From Candidatus Hodarchaeota archaeon (GTDB lineage: Archaea; Asgardarchaeota; Heimdallarchaeia; Hodarchaeales; Hodarchaeaceae): a stretch of DNA of 64,000 bases. The notes below the pieces were generated by a model that saw nothing but the letters and a program-made list of their open reading frames with translations, had not been told where the DNA came from and did not search any database. The stretch lies in the NCBI GenBank assembly GCA_016839815.1, contig JAEOTM010000057.1, positions 26,346 through 90,345 of the forward strand, in the 5' to 3' direction. Positions 59,444-64,000 of the stretch are shown in pieces (the first letter of the stretch is position 1; each line of letters begins with the position of its first letter). The position numbers and the translations under genes were made by a program.

Positions 59444-59595
59444 TCGTTCAAAACTAGTTGATATTGGACCGTTAGATAAATCTTAGTTCCCTATTAATCC
59501 CTAACATTGATTGACACTAAAGATCCCTTACCTCATTATGCACTTTTTTAAATCAATTCAAGGTTACTACTTAAATTGTAACTAAATCTCAATAA

Positions 59596-60540
59596 TTGGC
59601 TGTAAGAACCATGAGTACAGAAATAATTACTACAGACCATCTTTCGAAATTTTATGGATCTGTGCGTGGCATTCATGAGGTTTCAATTAAGGTACCAGCT
59701 GGAGGGGTTGGATTTCTTGGCCCCAATGGAGCAGGAAAAACTACATTGATACGCACCCTGTTAGGAATCATCCGTCCGACCAAAGGAAGTGCACAAGTAC
59801 TCGGATATGATATTAAATCAGATATTAACCAAGTTAGAGATCGGATTGGATATATCCCAGAATTTAACACTTCTTTCATTCCTGATATGACAGCAATGAA
59901 GTTTGTAGCTTTCTGTGGACGGATGAATGGATTAGCAAATTCCGAATCCAAGCAAAGGGCAAGTGATTCTTTGTATTACGTCGGGCTTGGGGAAGAAAGA
60001 TATCGCAAATTAGGAACTTTTTCTCTCGGTATGAAACAAAAAGTTAAGCTTGCTTCTGCCTTGGTTCACGATCCTGAAATCATCATCGCGGATGAACCTA
60101 CAAATGGCTTGGATCCTACTGGCCGTAATCAGATGTTAGAACTAATACGAAATTTGCAAACTGATCAAACTAAGCACGTTATTTTAAGCTCCCACTTGCT
60201 TAGAGATGTTGAACAGACAACAGACTATGCTATTGTCTTTTCTGAAGGAGAAATTCTAGCCCAAGGCAAAATTAAAGAGTTAACTTCGGGTCGTAGAACT
60301 TCTGTGAGTGTGAAAGTAAAATATAATGAGGAAGAGTTTGTTAGGATATTAAAAAGCAAAGGATTCGAGGTGTGGGATGAAGGCGGTTTTATCGAAGTCA
60401 AGAAGTCCAATGATACAGAGAAATCCATATTTAGTACCGCCTATGAAGCTGGAACTGAAATTAGATATCTGGGCAGTCGATCTAGCACACTCGAAGATGT
60501 ATTTGTGGATTTATTCCGAAATAAGGAGGGAATTAAATGA
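59596..60540 (+). CDS. ABC exporter ATP-binding protein
   Basis: GPNGAGKTT, FSLGMKQ, DEPTNGLDP. Confidence 0.93.
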   Translation: MAVRTMSTEIITTDHLSKFYGSVRGIHEVSIKVPAGGVGFLGPNGAGKTTLIRTLLGIIRPTKGSAQVLGYDIKSDINQVRDRIGYIPEFNTSFIPDMTAMKFVAFCGRMNGLANSESKQRASDSLYYVGLGEERYRKLGTFSLGMKQKVKLASALVHDPEIIIADEPTNGLDPTGRNQMLELIRNLQTDQTKHVILSSHLLRDVEQTTDYAIVFSEGEILAQGKIKELTSGRRTSVSVKVKYNEEEFVRILKSKGFEVWDEGGFIEVKKSNDTEKSIFSTAYEAGTEIRYLGSRSSTLEDVFVDLFRNKEGIK

Positions 60541-61550
60541 GTGATCATCCAAACCCTAATGGTGCTTATGTAAAGAAATTCTCTTTTCGACCTTTTACAG
60601 GATTCCGACGAGGAAGAATATACCGTATCTGGTCAATTTCGTGGCAATGGTGGATCCACGAATGGAGCAGATCTAGAGCTGTGAAAGTTCTTATAGGATT
60701 TCAAGTTTTTACATTGCTTATTACCAACCTATTTGTTCTCACAACGAAAGATTTCCTAATGATTACCGATCCTAGCTTAACAACTGAACAGATACTGGAA
60801 AATACACTGATTCCTTTGATTCGGGGGATTGTAAGCTTTGAAACCGAAATTCGGGGTGGAGATAACCATGGTGATAACGGTTTCGGAGACGGTACGTTTT
60901 CAATAGGAGGGACTAGCCTATTTATATTACTACTTGCGGTTCTTGTTGGTTCGGGTTTAATTGCCGACGATATTTCCAATAAGACAAATGAAATTTATTA
61001 TGCAAAATTAGAGAAATATGAATATATCCTCGGTAAGTTTGGAGCATTCTTCATATTTGGCAATGTAATTATTACCATTCCTTATGTCTTAGAGTTTGGA
61101 TTACTCTATATAGGATTAGGAAATATTGATCTCATATCAGTTCTGCCCCTACTTGCTCATGTCATCATTTTTACTGAAATTGTCAATTTAACGTATGCCG
61201 CCATCATCCTAGCCTTCTCTTCATTGACGAGTCGACGTTTATACGCAGGACTCACTTCATTCATGCTCTTATTCCTTGCCAACATGATCATCCCAGCCTT
61301 AGCCTTTACTGAAGGTGGAGAAATTGGTCTTCAATTACTAGGTGACGTACTGACACTTCTACTAATATTCTCTTATATTCTAGATGGTGAAACTATAATC
61401 AGGTTAAATTTACTTGGTCAAGATCACATATTGAGACTTGCGGATGGTGTTGGTATTGAATCATGGATGATACTAGGTAGTTTAGGTGTTATAATTCTCT
61501 TTGGGATCCTAATTGTAATAATACAAGTCTATAGGAGGCACAGCGCTTGA
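60537..61550 (+). CDS. ABC-2 type permease
   Basis: GSGLIADD...YILGK; multiple TM helices. Confidence 0.85.
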   Translation: MSDHPNPNGAYVKKFSFRPFTGFRRGRIYRIWSISWQWWIHEWSRSRAVKVLIGFQVFTLLITNLFVLTTKDFLMITDPSLTTEQILENTLIPLIRGIVSFETEIRGGDNHGDNGFGDGTFSIGGTSLFILLLAVLVGSGLIADDISNKTNEIYYAKLEKYEYILGKFGAFFIFGNVIITIPYVLEFGLLYIGLGNIDLISVLPLLAHVIIFTEIVNLTYAAIILAFSSLTSRRLYAGLTSFMLLFLANMIIPALAFTEGGEIGLQLLGDVLTLLLIFSYILDGETIIRLNLLGQDHILRLADGVGIESWMILGSLGVIILFGILIVIIQVYRRHSA

Positions 61551-62467
61551 TAGAAATAGAAAATGTATCAAAATCATTTGGGGACGTTGTAGCAATATCC
61601 AACATGAGTATGCATGTTAAATCAGGCTCCATAACAGGATTCTTAGGTCCAAATGGGGCAGGGAAAAGTACAACGTTGAAAGTAATAATAGGAGAACTCT
61701 ATCCAGATTTAGGAACTGTAACTGTTCTTGGGGAAAACCCTATTAATAATAGTAAACTTAAACAAGAGATTGGCTATGTTTCAGAGCATGATGACTTGTA
61801 TCCATGGATGAAAGGAAAACAATTCATTACTTCTCTTGCCAAACTACTTTTACCACGAGAAGAAGCAGAAAAATCAGCAAAAGAAGCATTAAAGAAAGTT
61901 GGTTTAGCTGTAAAGGGTAAAAAGATAAAGGCCTACTCCAAAGGAATGAAACAACGATTAAAAGTAGCGGCAGCTATCGTTCATAATCCAGACTTACTTA
62001 TTCTAGATGAACCTTTTGGTGGTTTGGATCCCCTTGGTCGACGAGAAATGAAAAAATTAGTCTCAGATCTTAATCAGGATGGAGTTACAGTCCTTATTTC
62101 CAGTCACATTCTTTATGAGCTTGATCAGATGAGTAATCGTATGATTCTCATTCATAGAGGACAAACCTTGGCAGAAGGAGCTCCATCTGAAATTCTAGAG
62201 CTAATTGATCAATTTCCCCATCAAATATTAATACAAGCTCCCGACGATCAACTCAAAAGTTTATCAAAGCTAATGATTGACGAATCAATTGTAAGTTCCC
62301 TTAATTTCAAGACTGGAGAAATATCTACTGATTTAATTGCCATAACGAATAATCCAAAACAGTTTTATCCTAAAATTACCCAGCTGGTTGCCGAGAAGAA
62401 CTTATCTATTGATCACCTTGAAAGTACAACAGATAACATTGAGGCAATCTTTGAATATTTAACTTAA
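61547..62467 (+). CDS. ABC exporter ATP-binding protein
   Basis: GPNGAGKST, YSKGMKQ, DEPFGGLDP. Confidence 0.93.
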   Translation: MIEIENVSKSFGDVVAISNMSMHVKSGSITGFLGPNGAGKSTTLKVIIGELYPDLGTVTVLGENPINNSKLKQEIGYVSEHDDLYPWMKGKQFITSLAKLLLPREEAEKSAKEALKKVGLAVKGKKIKAYSKGMKQRLKVAAAIVHNPDLLILDEPFGGLDPLGRREMKKLVSDLNQDGVTVLISSHILYELDQMSNRMILIHRGQTLAEGAPSEILELIDQFPHQILIQAPDDQLKSLSKLMIDESIVSSLNFKTGEISTDLIAITNNPKQFYPKITQLVAEKNLSIDHLESTTDNIEAIFEYLT

Positions 62468-62480
62468 TGGAGGTAAAAAA

Positions 62481-63293
62481 ATGTCAGTCATTCAAAAGAG
62501 AGTAAAATATGATTATAGCCCAACTTTTGTTTCGAGGAGTTCAATTTTAATTCAACTATTCTTGAATAAGTATATATACGATAAAAAGACATATATCTTA
62601 ATTTTAATAAGTTTCCTCCCACTGTTAAGAACTGGTAGTCTTAGAAATCCTGGAATTGATGAATTTGTTGACCTAATCGGGCCTATGTCAATTGTTAGTT
62701 TCATCATCATGCCTTTGATATCTTTAATCTTAGGTGTTTCAGCAATTTCAGATGAAAAAGAAAATAAAACCATTAGTCAACTTCTAGCTCGGCCTGTGAA
62801 AAGAGAAGAAATTGTAATAACTAAATGGATCACAATTATGATAATTGGGTTAATTATCATTGCTATAAATAGCCTAATCTTGTATATCGGATTTAACGTA
62901 CTTTTACCAGGATCTTTCGAACTTTTTGGCAATTTGTCTGTCCTAATAGGCACATGGTTATATTTGAGTCTTTGGTATGCAGTATACGCTACAATATTCC
63001 TATTCCTTGGTGTATTTTTTGACAAGAATGCCTTAGGACTTGGTCTAGCAATTGCATATTTTGAAGCATTTTTCGGACAGTTCATCTTTGGGGCATTTTC
63101 AGGAGGAGGTGGATCTCCATTTTCTGTGGCAAATCACGTCAATTATGTTGCCTCGGAGTATTTCCTAAGTGAGTATTTATCTTATAGAATTTCACATTTT
63201 GAACCATTCAATTCTATCTTAGTGTGTATAGGATTAGTTTTGGGATTCTTAGGTCTCGCAGCATTTACAATGCGGAGAAAAGATTTCCCCTAA
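62481..63293 (+). CDS. ABC-2 type permease
   Basis: ISDEKENKTI..LLARPVKREEIVITK; C-terminal RRKDF. Confidence 0.88.
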   Translation: MSVIQKRVKYDYSPTFVSRSSILIQLFLNKYIYDKKTYILILISFLPLLRTGSLRNPGIDEFVDLIGPMSIVSFIIMPLISLILGVSAISDEKENKTISQLLARPVKREEIVITKWITIMIIGLIIIAINSLILYIGFNVLLPGSFELFGNLSVLIGTWLYLSLWYAVYATIFLFLGVFFDKNALGLGLAIAYFEAFFGQFIFGAFSGGGGSPFSVANHVNYVASEYFLSEYLSYRISHFEPFNSILVCIGLVLGFLGLAAFTMRRKDFP

Positions 63294-63304
63294 TTCCCTT
63301 TTTA

Positions 63305-64000
63305 TTAACCAATAAAATTCCGAATTCGTTTGAATGCTTCTTTAATTTCTTCCTCAGATCTTGAAAACGCTACACGGAAATATCCATCTGCTGACTCACC
63401 AAATGCAGTACCAGGAATAGTGGCTACGTTAGCGTTGTTTAAAATCTCCATTGCAACAGTTTCAGAAGATTTATCGGTATACGTATACTTGATAAAACCA
63501 TAAAATGCACCATCTATACTAGAGAGTGACAAACCATCAATCGTTTCTACTTCATCAAGTAATAACTGTCTACGTGCTGGAAATACATTCTCAATAACTT
63601 TTTGCGCATCAAATCTGTGATCCAGTGCAGAAACTGCACCCCACTGACAAAAAGTTGTAGCACAGCTTGTGCTAGCTTGTACAAAACGTAGAATGCCTTG
63701 AGATAATTCTTTATTGGCTAAAGAATACCCGAGACGAAAACCAGTCATACTATATGTTTTAGAAAATCCATTTACAACAATGATGTTATCTCGCCAGTCT
63801 TTCAATTCGGTGATAAGAGTTTTGAATGAACTGGGAACATACATGTAATCATTATAGATTTCGTCTGCAATTATCATAAGATTAGAATCTTCGATTAGAT
63901 CCTTAACAAAAGTCAACTCTTGTGAGGAGAGCATATGGCCAGTCGGATTATTGGGTGTGTTCACCAATAGAGCTTTGACTTGTGTATTCGATAATATTCC
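63305..64000 (-). CDS. PLP-dependent class I/II (aspartate-type) aminotransferase, 5'-truncated by the window edge
   Basis: NTPNNPTG, DEIY, NGFSKTYSMTGFRLGY, PGTAFG; frame open to the window end. Confidence 0.93.
   Translation of the reverse strand, partial: GILSNTQVKALLVNTPNNPTGHMLSSQELTFVKDLIEDSNLMIIADEIYNDYMYVPSSFKTLITELKDWRDNIIVVNGFSKTYSMTGFRLGYSLANKELSQGILRFVQASTSCATTFCQWGAVSALDHRFDAQKVIENVFPARRQLLLDEVETIDGLSLSSIDGAFYGFIKYTYTDKSSETVAMEILNNANVATIPGTAFGESADGYFRVAFSRSEEEIKEAFKRIRNFIG

Noticed and set aside
2953-63085. Numerous 60-137 aa ORFs nested in or antisense to longer genes
   Set aside because: Shadow frames of well-supported CDSs with no recognisable motifs.
1-64000. tRNA, rRNA, transposase, integrase or provirus
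   Set aside because: None recognised by eye; a tRNAscan/Infernal run would be needed to exclude small RNAs.

Overview
AT-rich, gene-dense window from an archaeal chromosome, most likely an Asgard archaeon (Heimdallarchaeia/Hodarchaeales-like). This is inferred from CXXXY-type CcmE, PGF-like C-terminal anchors, the Hdr/Mvh set, frequent TTG/GTG starts and poly-T terminators. Energy metabolism: an HdrD-like/double-FAD HdrA/MvhD/QmoC-like operon running into a hydrogenase maturation protease, gcvH, a CBS-korA-korB-CBS cluster, an orphan E1 alpha/beta pair, and a DOMON-like protein paired with a di-heme cytochrome b. Cytochrome c maturation is split over two loci: ccmC-ccmD-ccmA-ccmB (ccmD is not in the ORF track) and ccmF-ccmE, the latter downstream of a surface multiheme cytochrome with Met-substituted motifs. 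Other genes: msrA/msrB, MDR oxidoreductases, TetR/DUF4386, an OPT transporter, a MoxR/DUF58 operon, membrane-anchored surface proteins (beta-helix, FG-GAP propeller, GH53), a Cache-PAS histidine kinase and a 4-gene ABC exporter. The most striking item is a compact operon at 38776-42012. It encodes a 33-aa charged peptide, a JAB/MPN+ peptidase fused to a UBC/RWD-like domain, a ThiF/E1 enzyme lacking the usual catalytic Cys, and two paralogous E2 enzymes. No ubiquitin-like, E3 or CD-NTase gene is present, so it is a candidate undescribed peptide-conjugation system. No rRNA, tRNA, CRISPR array or intact mobile element was recognised. All family calls come from motif recognition; no database searches were run.
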